Assembly: GCA_022710775.1 (NCBI GenBank) | Contig: JAKLGH010000001.1 | Coordinates: forward strand, 201,746 to 265,745 | Source: Patescibacteria group bacterium | Lineage (GTDB): Bacteria; Patescibacteriota; Minisyncoccia; Minisyncoccales; UBA5738 | DNA length: 64,000 nucleotides | Direction of reading: 5' to 3' | Shown here: one piece after another, positions 29,153-37,911 of the stretch | Layout of the letters: the number at the start of each line of letters is the position of its first letter | How positions within the stretch are numbered: position 1 is the stretch's first letter | The notes under the pieces: model-generated | What the model was told of the DNA's origin: nothing | Database searches by the model: none | The model's input: the letters and a program-made list of their open reading frames with translations, nothing else | Position numbers and translations under genes: made by a program

Positions 29153-30315
29153 TGACTAAAGGAAGAAAGTTCTCAACAACCACCTACGAAAGTACGAAAG
29201 AAAAGGCCACTGACGGTGGCAAACAAACCTTGACCCAAAAAGCCGAAGAACGGTACCAGCAGGATGGAACGCTTGATCCGCTGATCGACCCCAAAGGCCC
29301 TCCCCACTTGGGACCGGTGCGATATGCCTGGTCCCGGTTTGAACAAAAGAAAAATCTGTGGCACCTGCCTTGCGGCATCGCCATGGCAGTGGAGCGGCTA
29401 ATCGATACAACCGGCTCGATGCAAAACAACATTGCTCTGGCCTTTGAAAGCGCTCCCATTTTATACCAAATGCTGGGTGGCGGAAAAACGCCGGTTTTGG
29501 GCCGGTACGATCCGCAATTGGCCACGGCGATCTTTGGCGACGTGTATGACTGGATAAGAGAAAGAAAGCCGCCTTTATGCCGAACCCAATTCGAGTTCGA
29601 CGAACGAATGGCCACTCAAATGGCCAACATGATTCCCAGCCGGCTTGGCTGGGGCAACGGCAAGGAAGACCCGCAATACGGCCTGTTTGCCGCCCAGTTT
29701 TTAACCAACTGCTCGGCGGAACGGTACGGTTTAAAAACCTACCATTTCACCGCGTCTGACGAGCCAACGGCAATGGATCTGAACATGCGGTGCCTTAACC
29801 TTATTTTCGGAAACGACGTTGTGGCGCGCGTCCAGGAAAATGGATATAACATTGATCCGCGCCGCCTGCCCGATACCGCCGAGATCGTAGCCGCTCTTCA
29901 AAAGAAAAGGCACGCGTTCTTCTTGCAGGTGCCGGGCGGCGAGGATTCAAGGGTCAGAAACCAGTGGACCGAACTTTATGGAAAAGATCACGTTGTCTTC
30001 CTGACCGAAGGCACGCGTTACCTTTCCCAGGTCCAAGCGCTGATCATCGGCCTCACCGAGGGCACCCTTAGCCTGCTGACCGCCAAGGAATTCCTGAAAG
30101 AATGGAAAGTGCCAAAACAGGACGCAACGGAGATCATCGCGTCCGTCGAACACATTCCGATCGGGGCGCAAAGATTATGCCCCAACTTCAACAGAATTCC
30201 CTTGGCTGGAGCGATGTTTGAGAATAAGGGCGACTTGTGGCCGATAGATCCCGCGTTAGCGGCCGGCAAAGACCCGGCCGCGGATAGCCGCGAAAAAGCG
30301 ACCGAATGGCTTTAG
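29152..30315 (+). CDS. von Willebrand factor A (vWA) domain protein
   Basis: ATG overlaps the upstream TAA (TAATG). MIDAS-like LIDTTGSM (DxTxS), later FTASDEPT. About 150-aa C-terminal extension. Confidence 0.65.
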   Translation: MTKGRKFSTTTYESTKEKATDGGKQTLTQKAEERYQQDGTLDPLIDPKGPPHLGPVRYAWSRFEQKKNLWHLPCGIAMAVERLIDTTGSMQNNIALAFESAPILYQMLGGGKTPVLGRYDPQLATAIFGDVYDWIRERKPPLCRTQFEFDERMATQMANMIPSRLGWGNGKEDPQYGLFAAQFLTNCSAERYGLKTYHFTASDEPTAMDLNMRCLNLIFGNDVVARVQENGYNIDPRRLPDTAEIVAALQKKRHAFFLQVPGGEDSRVRNQWTELYGKDHVVFLTEGTRYLSQVQALIIGLTEGTLSLLTAKEFLKEWKVPKQDATEIIASVEHIPIGAQRLCPNFNRIPLAGAMFENKGDLWPIDPALAAGKDPAADSREKATEWL

Positions 30316-30323
30316 GAGGCACC

Positions 30324-31715
30324 ATGCCTCCAAAGGTTTATCTGATCACCGACCTTGGCATCGGCGACGGCGGAAAAGGAACCGTTGTCCATAAAGTGGC
30401 AACCATGACAGAAGCCTCTTGGGTCTTCAAGGCCGGAGGTTTCCAGGGAAGCCACGGCATGCAAACGGTCATAAACGGCCGAAAGATCGGTTTCGCGTTC
30501 AGCCAATTCGGCTGCGCCACTTTGGAGGGCATAAGGACTTTCATCACTCCCCTCATGGTGGCCTCGCCCGAAGGCTGGCTTAACGAAGCCGCGGCGCTGG
30601 CCAATTTCGGCATATACCGACCGTTGGATCTGCTGTGGGTGGACGCTGGCGCGATCTGCGGCACGCCATACCATGGAATATCCTCGCGCCTTAAGGAACT
30701 GGCGCGGGGCAACAATCCACGAGGAACCATCGGCACGGGAGCCGGCGAAACGTACCGCTACAGCCTAAGCCATCCGGATCTTGTGATCCGGGCCGGCGAT
30801 CTGATATCGAAGGGTTTGGCGCAAAAGCTGAAAGCCGTTCGCGACCAGATCCGCCAGGATCTGGAACCGGTCATGGCCAAAGATTTTTTAGCCGCCGACG
30901 ACAAGAGAGTAAAAACAGAGATCTCCCTGCTCAATGATGACGGTTTTCTGGAACACATCGCTAGCCGGTTTTTGGAAGCCGGAAGAAAAACCAACATCGT
31001 TGACGGCCAATACCTTGAGGAGATCATGGGCAATCTGGAAAGCGCAATCGTCTTTGAATGTTCGCACGGGGTGTTAGGGGATCCGTTCATCGGGTTCCAC
31101 CCCCACACGAACGCCGCCCCGACCCTGCCAAGTCATAAGCACGCCTTGTTAAGGAAAGCGGGTTATGCTGGGCCGATAATTGATATCGGAGTCACCCGGG
31201 CTTACGCGATCCGGCATGGCGCCGGACCGCTGCCAACCGCCGATCCGAATCTGGCCAAGGTTTTATTGCCCGGGAGCCACAAACCCGCTGACCGCTACCA
31301 AGGCGAAGTACGGGTGGGACCGCTTGATATGGTCTTGCTCCGCTACGCCATCGCGGCCTGCGGCGGACCAGAGGCTTTTAACGGCCTGGCCGTTACCTGG
31401 TTCGACCAGATCCAGGCCAACGGCCAATGGCAGATCTGCCGCGGCTACGATAACGCCGATGATGGCACATATTTTCTTCCCGGAGGCGAAATCATAGTTA
31501 GCGGAAAAACCGGAAATGAAAAGTTGCAGCACCAGGAGGAACTGGGAAAAAAGCTGATGAAGGTTAAACCGGTGATCGAAACCCTTAACCTGCCGGCCAA
31601 CGCCAACCGCGACGAACTGTTCGCGTTTTGCGCCCGGGGGTTTGAAAGGGAAATGAACGTGCCGGTCCGCATGGTGTCATTCGGACCGTCGGAACAAGAC
31701 AAGATCTGCAAATAA
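30324..31715 (+). CDS. highly divergent adenylosuccinate-synthetase (PurA) family protein
   Basis: Colinear with PurA. GIGDGGKGTVV matches GDEGKGK. GGFQGSHG matches QGGHNAGH. GTIGTGAGETY matches GTTGRGIGPAY. FECSHGVLGD matches FEGAQGTLLD. RAYAIRHGAGPLPT matches KAYSTRVGAGPFPT. GGAGG 4 nt before ATG 30324; the track start 30306 has no RBS. Confidence 0.75.
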   Translation: MPPKVYLITDLGIGDGGKGTVVHKVATMTEASWVFKAGGFQGSHGMQTVINGRKIGFAFSQFGCATLEGIRTFITPLMVASPEGWLNEAAALANFGIYRPLDLLWVDAGAICGTPYHGISSRLKELARGNNPRGTIGTGAGETYRYSLSHPDLVIRAGDLISKGLAQKLKAVRDQIRQDLEPVMAKDFLAADDKRVKTEISLLNDDGFLEHIASRFLEAGRKTNIVDGQYLEEIMGNLESAIVFECSHGVLGDPFIGFHPHTNAAPTLPSHKHALLRKAGYAGPIIDIGVTRAYAIRHGAGPLPTADPNLAKVLLPGSHKPADRYQGEVRVGPLDMVLLRYAIAACGGPEAFNGLAVTWFDQIQANGQWQICRGYDNADDGTYFLPGGEIIVSGKTGNEKLQHQEELGKKLMKVKPVIETLNLPANANRDELFAFCARGFEREMNVPVRMVSFGPSEQDKICK

Positions 31716-31737
31716 AAAGAATTGGAGGATGAAGTTT

Positions 31738-32931
31738 ATGGAAGGAGATGGAACAACTGAGATGAAGAGCGAACAGACAGCAAACGTTGAGCCAGAATTG
31801 CCTGCCGAGGTCGTATCCGAACTTCAAAACGCAGGAATCACAAATCCTGAGATAATTCGGAAGCTTATCATTGACCAGGAATTGAAAGAGAAAGGAGATA
31901 TCGCCTATCTTTCCCAGGAAGCTCTAGCCGCAGCCGGCATGAAAGGCGTACCCCTGCAAAGAGTGTTGGAAAAATTAGGCTTAAGAACTCCCGTAGGCGT
32001 TCTAGCTTCAACAGCACCACCAGGAGTAAATCCGCTAGACATTCTTCCGCTAGTTCCCCCCGATGAATCAATCACTGAAGCATTAAAGGCAGGCGGAGTT
32101 CTCAAATTTGAAATAGCTACAGTAATCTCCGGCATTAGGGTTGCCTTGGCCTATAGGGCGGGACTATTCAATATTCCAAGCCGCCTGGTAACGTTGATGG
32201 AGGCTTTTGCTGACAGCAACGATGATCCAGTCGGACCAGAATTCTTTAGGCTGCGCAAACAAGTCACTAAACATGAATATGGTGATCTTTTCTCCGCCAT
32301 CGAAGGACTAGACACTGCTTATGTCACCGAAACCAGAAAAAAACAGCTTTTAGAACGGATTGAAACATTCCTTTGGCCAGCAATCAGGGAATTCAATCTT
32401 CAGCTGATAAACTGGACCGATGAATATTCGAAACAACTGCAAAACCCTACTTTATTTATGGCGCAGTTGTTCGGGGGAAGGGCAGGAGTAGTGCCACCTA
32501 ACGTATTCAACACGCCTTCTACGGCCACCCTGCGCGATAGCGCAAAAGCAGTCAATGACGCAATCAACAGGGTGTTTAGAGGATCGGTTGCTCCAATCGC
32601 AGCCGCCATGGCCTCAGATGCTAAAAACATCAAAAGCACTTTAAACGATCCCAGAATTCCTTCTATGATCGGAGCGGCTAACCGGGACCAAATGCTTAAA
32701 ATGCTTGAAGCTGCTGTATCCCCCAATTACCCAAGGCTCGAGCAAAATCTTGTTGCTTATGTTTTGGCGGTAATGCAAATCGAGCAACAACCAAGCGGAG
32801 ACGCAGAAATAAGGTATTTCTTCGCGCTCCAAAGCGTAGGCTCCCAAATACCATTCGATCATTTGACCAGCACTACACCCGATATTGCAGGAATTGGATC
32901 AGAAAAACGTCAAAAAAACCGAACTCTTTAA
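31738..32931 (+). CDS. hypothetical protein, last gene of operon
   Basis: GGAGG 9 nt before ATG 31738. No recognisable catalytic motif. The N-terminus has two helix-hairpin-like segments (ELQNAGITNPEIIRKL, AAAGMKGVPLQRVLEKLGL). Confidence 0.6.
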   Translation: MEGDGTTEMKSEQTANVEPELPAEVVSELQNAGITNPEIIRKLIIDQELKEKGDIAYLSQEALAAAGMKGVPLQRVLEKLGLRTPVGVLASTAPPGVNPLDILPLVPPDESITEALKAGGVLKFEIATVISGIRVALAYRAGLFNIPSRLVTLMEAFADSNDDPVGPEFFRLRKQVTKHEYGDLFSAIEGLDTAYVTETRKKQLLERIETFLWPAIREFNLQLINWTDEYSKQLQNPTLFMAQLFGGRAGVVPPNVFNTPSTATLRDSAKAVNDAINRVFRGSVAPIAAAMASDAKNIKSTLNDPRIPSMIGAANRDQMLKMLEAAVSPNYPRLEQNLVAYVLAVMQIEQQPSGDAEIRYFFALQSVGSQIPFDHLTSTTPDIAGIGSEKRQKNRTL

Positions 32932-32951
32932 GCTCTTTGTAAGCACAGTAT

Positions 32952-32978
32952 AACCAAGCGAAAACGCTTGGTTTTTTC
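32952..32978 (+). terminator. intrinsic terminator of the operon
   Basis: AACCAAGCG-AAAA-CGCTTGGTT followed by TTTTT. Confidence 0.7.
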
Positions 32979-32982
32979 TTGC

Positions 32983-33008
32983 AAAAAAACCGCAAGTTTT
33001 GCTTGCGG
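32983..33008 (-). terminator. intrinsic terminator of 33015..34901
   Basis: Minus strand CCGCAAG-CAAAA-CTTGCGG followed by TTTTTTT. Confidence 0.65.
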
Positions 33009-33014
33009 CTCATA

Positions 33015-34901
33015 TTACGCGTCCAATTCCGGCAAAAACACATTGGCAAGGTAAAGCCGGGTTGCCAGGCGGCGGTAACCGGCGTCCCAAAAGGCGCTGT
33101 CGCCATCGAGTTCCCGAAAAAATTCACTGTCTTGGCCGGCCGGCGGATAAAATTCGTAATATCCCCGGTGCGCCAAACGGTATAGCAAGCAATCGCGCTC
33201 CAGCTCTTCCAAATATATTCGCCGAACGTAGCAACCGTCTATCCGAACATCGGTTGGCCAAAGATACGGAATTAAAAGCCTTTGCCTAAGTTCTCCCACG
33301 GCTTCCTCTTGCCCCAACCAGGCGGCGCCAAACAGGATGTGGACCCACCAGCTTTCGCCCAAATACGCATCGGACTCTTGGAAATCAATGACCTCCAGCT
33401 TCCTTTTACCGGCCTTCAGCCAAAACTCCACGGGCCGGCTGTTGATGCCGTTATCCTTGAGCTTTCTTTCCAGAAGCTCTTGTATCAGCGGACGCAGGGT
33501 ATAATCGGCCTCCGGTTTCACAAATATTGCCAAGTCAATATCGGCATTCTGCGCTCCATAGCGTTTTAGGCGCGATCCGTAAGCCATGATCACCGGATAA
33601 ACCGATTTGAAAAGCGTTTCGTCGGCGGCAATTGACGCCAGCGCGGCTTCCAATTTGGCAACTTCTTCGGCTATCTGGCTCAAATTCTTTGAAAACGGAC
33701 CGCCAAGGTCGGCGTAAGGTATGCCGAATTTTTTAAGCGCCTCTCCATCGACAACTCCCAAATTAGCGAGCCGCCGCAAAGCTTTGAATATTGCCTTGGC
33801 TTCTTCCGGATTATTCTTATCCCAGAGGGATTCAAGCACAGGCTCCAAGCAGGCGAATATCTGCCGTGCCCGGTCAGTGTCGGTTCGGGCTTGAAATTCG
33901 ATCGCTTCCCGGATGCCCTCGATCAAAACCACTCTAACCACCCCTGAAGCATAAGCCCGCAACACGCCCAATTCTAAGTGTTCGCTAAGAAGAGCCTCTT
34001 TTACCTGAAGCGCCGCTTTTTTATTACACTCCTGCTTTTTTTGGCCGATCAGCCAAGCCTTGCGCTTTGCCGTTACGTTGCCAAAATCTTCCTGCTCGAT
34101 CAAGCGATATTCCCGCTCCAAATCTGGACCCAAATTTTTCAGATCAAAGCAAGGAACTTTCCGTTTTGCTTTTTGGATGTGGCGGCTTTGCTTAAGCTGA
34201 AGAGCAAAAGCAACGCTTTGCGTAAACCGATCGCCGGACTTTTCCATGGCCTTAATTTCTTCAGCAAAAATCAATCCCATAGTGTTTGCGATCATCAATG
34301 CCTCAACCAGGCTGTTTTTCAAAACCGTGTCTTGGCTTTGTTCTAGGATCGAAACCAAATCCTTGGTTGAAATCATTCCGGCTTTAATGAGCATTGGCGC
34401 CAGATGGGCGGCTTTGACCACGCGCTCCGGCTCGCTCGTCCTTGTTGAAACCTCGACAATATCTCCGTCGCGAAAATTGGCCGCAACATCATGCAGTGAA
34501 AGCAGGTAGCTCCAAGCTTCAAGATAAGCCTGCCGGAATTCTTTGCAAGCGCGCCCCAATCCGTTACCCGGCCGCCAGCTGTTAGCCGGCAGCAGCTCAA
34601 ATGGCAGATAAAGCACCAACCTTTGGTAATCATTATCCGCGAGCAATTCGGCGAAAAGCAAATAGATCTTTTCGGCGTCTTTTGCGCCTAGCATTCCTTT
34701 TTGGACCGATTCCTCGACAGACATGCCGCAAGGAACCGATTGCAAAAACCTTTCAAAACGTTCGCGCAATTCCTGGCGAGATTTGATCTTTGCCAAGAAC
34801 GCGTCGCTGGCGGCAATATCCTTTGGCCAAGCCTCGGCGAGATTCGCCGGACTCAAAAACCATTCGGCAGCCGGAACATACAGGTTTATTTTCCCGATCA
34901 T
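33015..34901 (-). CDS. large helical protein with C-terminal pol-beta-type nucleotidyltransferase domain
   Basis: AYGSRLKRYGAQNADIDLAIFV fits the GS-x9-12-DxD NTase motif. The ~430 aa upstream are helical-repeat-like. Confidence 0.6.
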   Translation of the reverse strand: MIGKINLYVPAAEWFLSPANLAEAWPKDIAASDAFLAKIKSRQELRERFERFLQSVPCGMSVEESVQKGMLGAKDAEKIYLLFAELLADNDYQRLVLYLPFELLPANSWRPGNGLGRACKEFRQAYLEAWSYLLSLHDVAANFRDGDIVEVSTRTSEPERVVKAAHLAPMLIKAGMISTKDLVSILEQSQDTVLKNSLVEALMIANTMGLIFAEEIKAMEKSGDRFTQSVAFALQLKQSRHIQKAKRKVPCFDLKNLGPDLEREYRLIEQEDFGNVTAKRKAWLIGQKKQECNKKAALQVKEALLSEHLELGVLRAYASGVVRVVLIEGIREAIEFQARTDTDRARQIFACLEPVLESLWDKNNPEEAKAIFKALRRLANLGVVDGEALKKFGIPYADLGGPFSKNLSQIAEEVAKLEAALASIAADETLFKSVYPVIMAYGSRLKRYGAQNADIDLAIFVKPEADYTLRPLIQELLERKLKDNGINSRPVEFWLKAGKRKLEVIDFQESDAYLGESWWVHILFGAAWLGQEEAVGELRQRLLIPYLWPTDVRIDGCYVRRIYLEELERDCLLYRLAHRGYYEFYPPAGQDSEFFRELDGDSAFWDAGYRRLATRLYLANVFLPELDA

Positions 34902-35107
34902 CGATAGACCTCCTTAATATGTATTCTTGTTGCCAGCTATCTTTATGAATTATAAAAGAACCTTGATACTTTCCGTTTTCCCCAATTCGGGAAAACATTC
35001 TTATCATAAAACAAATCAAAAAAAAGTCAATGTTTGGCACTCTTTTTGGCTTAAACAAAAAGGGGGCCTGGCTATCCCCTTTTTTCCAACGCTAATTTTT
35101 TAAAGCA

Positions 35108-36076
35108 TTAGTCAAAAAAGGATATGAGGTACTTGTCGATCTCCCACTGGTCGAGATCGTAAAAATTCCGGCCATCCTCGTGCAGTTTGGCGGCCAAATT
35201 CCGGCCCACGAACCGCCAGTGCCAAGGTTCGAACTGATAGTATTGGTTATTTGCCGGATAAGATTGGATAAAGCCGTATTCGTAAGCGTTATCCAGCAGC
35301 CATTGGTAAGCCGGCGTTTTGTCGAAGCCGAAAAAACCGAACCCGTTTTCGGAAACGGCAAAGTCTACGGTAGTTCCCAGCTGGTGTTCCGAATAGCCCT
35401 GGTCGGCCGAGAACCGGTTGGCTCCCGAGCCATACATCATTTTGTAGTTTGATTTCAGATCGTTTTGGGCGTTAAACGACCGGTAAGCCGACGCTATTTT
35501 CAGCTCAATCTTATCGTCCGCGGCTTGCGCCAGCATATCTTCCAAAAAAGGCCAGACCTCGGAGTTGATCAAATAATCGTTCTTCGGATTGACGGTATAG
35601 CGGGAGTCGATTTTTGAAAACGAAGCGGGAAAGTAATTTTCGTTTAAAAAATAAACTTTTGAGTATTTTTTAAGGAGCTCCGGATCGGTTTCGCTTAATT
35701 TCTTCAAGGTGCCTACCGTGCCCTGGATATCTCCTATCTGTTCGCTAAAATCATCCATCCGTCTCTTTTCGTGCCGGTATTTTTCCCGGTATGCGTCCCT
35801 TTCGGCCGTGGTTGTGGCAAGGTCATCCTTAGCGGAATCAAGCAGGTAACTCAAGTCTTTGATCTCGCCGTTCAAACCGCTGATCTCGCTGTTTAATTTT
35901 TTTATGTCTTCGCCCAGCTTTTCCGACGTGGCGGAAAGATCGCTTTCCGTTTGCGCAACCTCGTTTTCAAGCGCCAGCTTGTTTTCTTTCAACAAAGTAT
36001 TTTCGTAACCCAAATAAGCAATAACGCCTCCGCCCGCCGCTAAAAGCAGTGCAAAAGATAAAAGGGATTTATTCAT
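35108..36076 (-). CDS. M15B (VanY-type) D-alanyl-D-alanine carboxypeptidase with coiled-coil N-terminus
   Basis: SAYRSFNAQ, SEHQLGTTVDF, EPWHWRFVG zinc-peptidase motifs. N-terminal TM. Confidence 0.8.
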   Translation of the reverse strand: MNKSLLSFALLLAAGGGVIAYLGYENTLLKENKLALENEVAQTESDLSATSEKLGEDIKKLNSEISGLNGEIKDLSYLLDSAKDDLATTTAERDAYREKYRHEKRRMDDFSEQIGDIQGTVGTLKKLSETDPELLKKYSKVYFLNENYFPASFSKIDSRYTVNPKNDYLINSEVWPFLEDMLAQAADDKIELKIASAYRSFNAQNDLKSNYKMMYGSGANRFSADQGYSEHQLGTTVDFAVSENGFGFFGFDKTPAYQWLLDNAYEYGFIQSYPANNQYYQFEPWHWRFVGRNLAAKLHEDGRNFYDLDQWEIDKYLISFFD

Positions 36077-36629
36077 CGTTTGCCGGCAATTTTTTATTTA
36101 ACTTGGCAAAACCAACGTCCCCTTCGCGAGGTTCAGAAGAACCATTGTGCAACCTTTCGATCGCTTTAGAAGCGACTGGCTGGTTAACCAGCCTATTTAA
36201 TTTTTCCCGGTCGTTGTTTTTGGCGGCCGCGCGCGCTGCCGTCGAAGACATCTTTTCGAATTCTTTTGAAGCGATCATGTAATGGTAATGGGTGATGCCG
36301 AAATTGTCGCGGTTATAGATCATCACGTTATTTTCGTAAACAATGTCGTTGTTATCGCGAATACCCCTGATCATGATAACCAGGTCTTTTTGGCCGCGGA
36401 CTTTTAAAAATTCTTCGAGCGTAGTTACTTTGATCTTTTCGCCAAGATTGTAAGTTCGCCACATGGCTTCGCACTCTTTGGGAGTAAAAACGGCTTTTTC
36501 GTTTTTGACCGGATTAACCGAGCACACCACGGTGATCTCGCCAAAGACCTTGGCAGCCTCTTTGGCGAGGGCGACGTGGCCGTAATGAGGCGGGCAAAAC
36601 GTCCCCGGATAGATATATGTTTTTTTCAT
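36069..36629 (-). CDS. coaD: phosphopantetheine adenylyltransferase-like cytidylyltransferase
   Basis: From ATG 36629: YPGTFCPPHYGH (T/HxGH), IRGIRDNNDIVYE, MSSTAAR. 8-nt overlap with the downstream gene. About 25-aa C-terminal extension. Confidence 0.7.
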   Translation of the reverse strand: MKKTYIYPGTFCPPHYGHVALAKEAAKVFGEITVVCSVNPVKNEKAVFTPKECEAMWRTYNLGEKIKVTTLEEFLKVRGQKDLVIMIRGIRDNNDIVYENNVMIYNRDNFGITHYHYMIASKEFEKMSSTAARAAAKNNDREKLNRLVNQPVASKAIERLHNGSSEPREGDVGFAKLNKKLPANDE

Positions 36630-36833
36630 ATGGCCGGTTTCAAGCGATACAAACAGCTTAGCACATAGCCGCCTTGCCAAGAAAGCGCGCAATGGCGTTC
36701 GCAAAAAACCGCTTCATTTACGGTTTTTTTGATTCAGATATGCATCCGTTGGTCAGATTGCTACCCGTTTTCCAACATCTTGATTATCGCAATTTTGATA
36801 AAGGAAAAAGTAATGAATTAAAGGATTTTATTT

Positions 36834-37268
36834 CTATTGTTTGCTTGGCACAACGCAGCCGGTGTAATCCTTTTCCACGCCGTTTTCCAAAACGATCGCG
36901 GCATCCCCCTTGCTCCAGAAAACAAACGACTCGTCGGCGTTAGCGTACCTGCCTCCGTTGGCGGAAATAGTTTGGGGCAAATCATAATTCCGCCCGTCGC
37001 TTAAAACGATCTTCACGCTTCCGGTCGGAACAGGCGGTTCGCCCGGCTTGACCTCTATGGTTTCCCCCTTGTAAAAAGAAGCTTTAATGGTTTTATCTCC
37101 GTCGCACGAATAAGAAGCTTCCGCGATCAAAGACACTGTTTGGACAGGCTCCGCGTCCGGCGAAAACGCCTTGTTTTCATAAACATCCCCGCCGGGTCGC
37201 CGCAAGCCTGCCGCGTAAACAACCGCCGCCAATATAAAAATCAAAGCCAGGTAAATTTTTTTATTCAT
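36834..37268 (-). CDS. MliC-like lysozyme-inhibitor family lipoprotein/secreted protein
   Basis: Signal/TM N-terminus. YSCDGDKTIKASFY ... ISANGGRYANADESFVFWSKGDAAIV ... C matches the MliC pattern. Confidence 0.5.
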   Translation of the reverse strand: MNKKIYLALIFILAAVVYAAGLRRPGGDVYENKAFSPDAEPVQTVSLIAEASYSCDGDKTIKASFYKGETIEVKPGEPPVPTGSVKIVLSDGRNYDLPQTISANGGRYANADESFVFWSKGDAAIVLENGVEKDYTGCVVPSKQ

Positions 37269-37439
37269 TTTTTATTTGTATTTAAGTTTATTAAAATGTA
37301 CCATTTCTTAGCATAATTATGCAAAAAATCTTATCGCATCCGTTAATCTTTATTTAATTCGCGGCCGGCAGTAAAATACACTGTTTGCGTAAAAAAAACC
37401 GCTTGCTGAAGCATTTGCTTGTTCGCAAGCGGTATCTCG

Positions 37440-37760
37440 CTAATATCTGCGCCTTTTGGCGGTGAAAGTGAAGGTTGCAGGATAAGATTCGTTATAACCC
37501 GGAGAGTCGTAATCAACCTCCCAGCCGGCTTTCTCGTAAACATCCTCTATGTCCATCCAGCCCTTCTTGTATATGTCGGTCCGGCCAAGGCCTTTAGCAA
37601 CCATCAGCTTTTCGGCTTCCGCCTGCGTAAAACGAGCGCTGCTGCCTCCGAAATTCTCCGCGATGAGCTCGTTGAAAGCTTCAAACACCGCGTCGGGAAA
37701 ATCATTGATCTTCTTTTTCGCGACCTCGCCCGGTTTTATCGGCTTCACTTTATTCGCCAT
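37440..37760 (-). CDS. hypothetical protein (106 aa)
   Basis: AAAAGGAGGTAAGCAAA RBS before ATG 37760. The longer track ORF is unlikely. T8 terminator at 37388-37430. Confidence 0.6.
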   Translation of the reverse strand: MANKVKPIKPGEVAKKKINDFPDAVFEAFNELIAENFGGSSARFTQAEAEKLMVAKGLGRTDIYKKGWMDIEDVYEKAGWEVDYDSPGYNESYPATFTFTAKRRRY

Positions 37761-37911
37761 TTTGCTTACCTCCTTTTTGCTATTGATTTTGCTGTTAATG
37801 TGCTGACGGCCAAAGCATAACCCCCTTTTAAAAAACCCGCCGAAACTCTTGACAAAATGTATCAAAAAAAGTACACTTATCGCAAAGCGCGAACTGCTTA
37901 ATTGACGCATT

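Noticed and set aside
28496-31108. Long antisense ORFs inside the PurA-like operon (for example 28496..29137, 29184..29615, 30338..30736, 30758..31108)
   Set aside because: They are shadow frames of GC-rich genes. The sense ORFs have RBSs, coupling and family motifs; the antisense ones have none.
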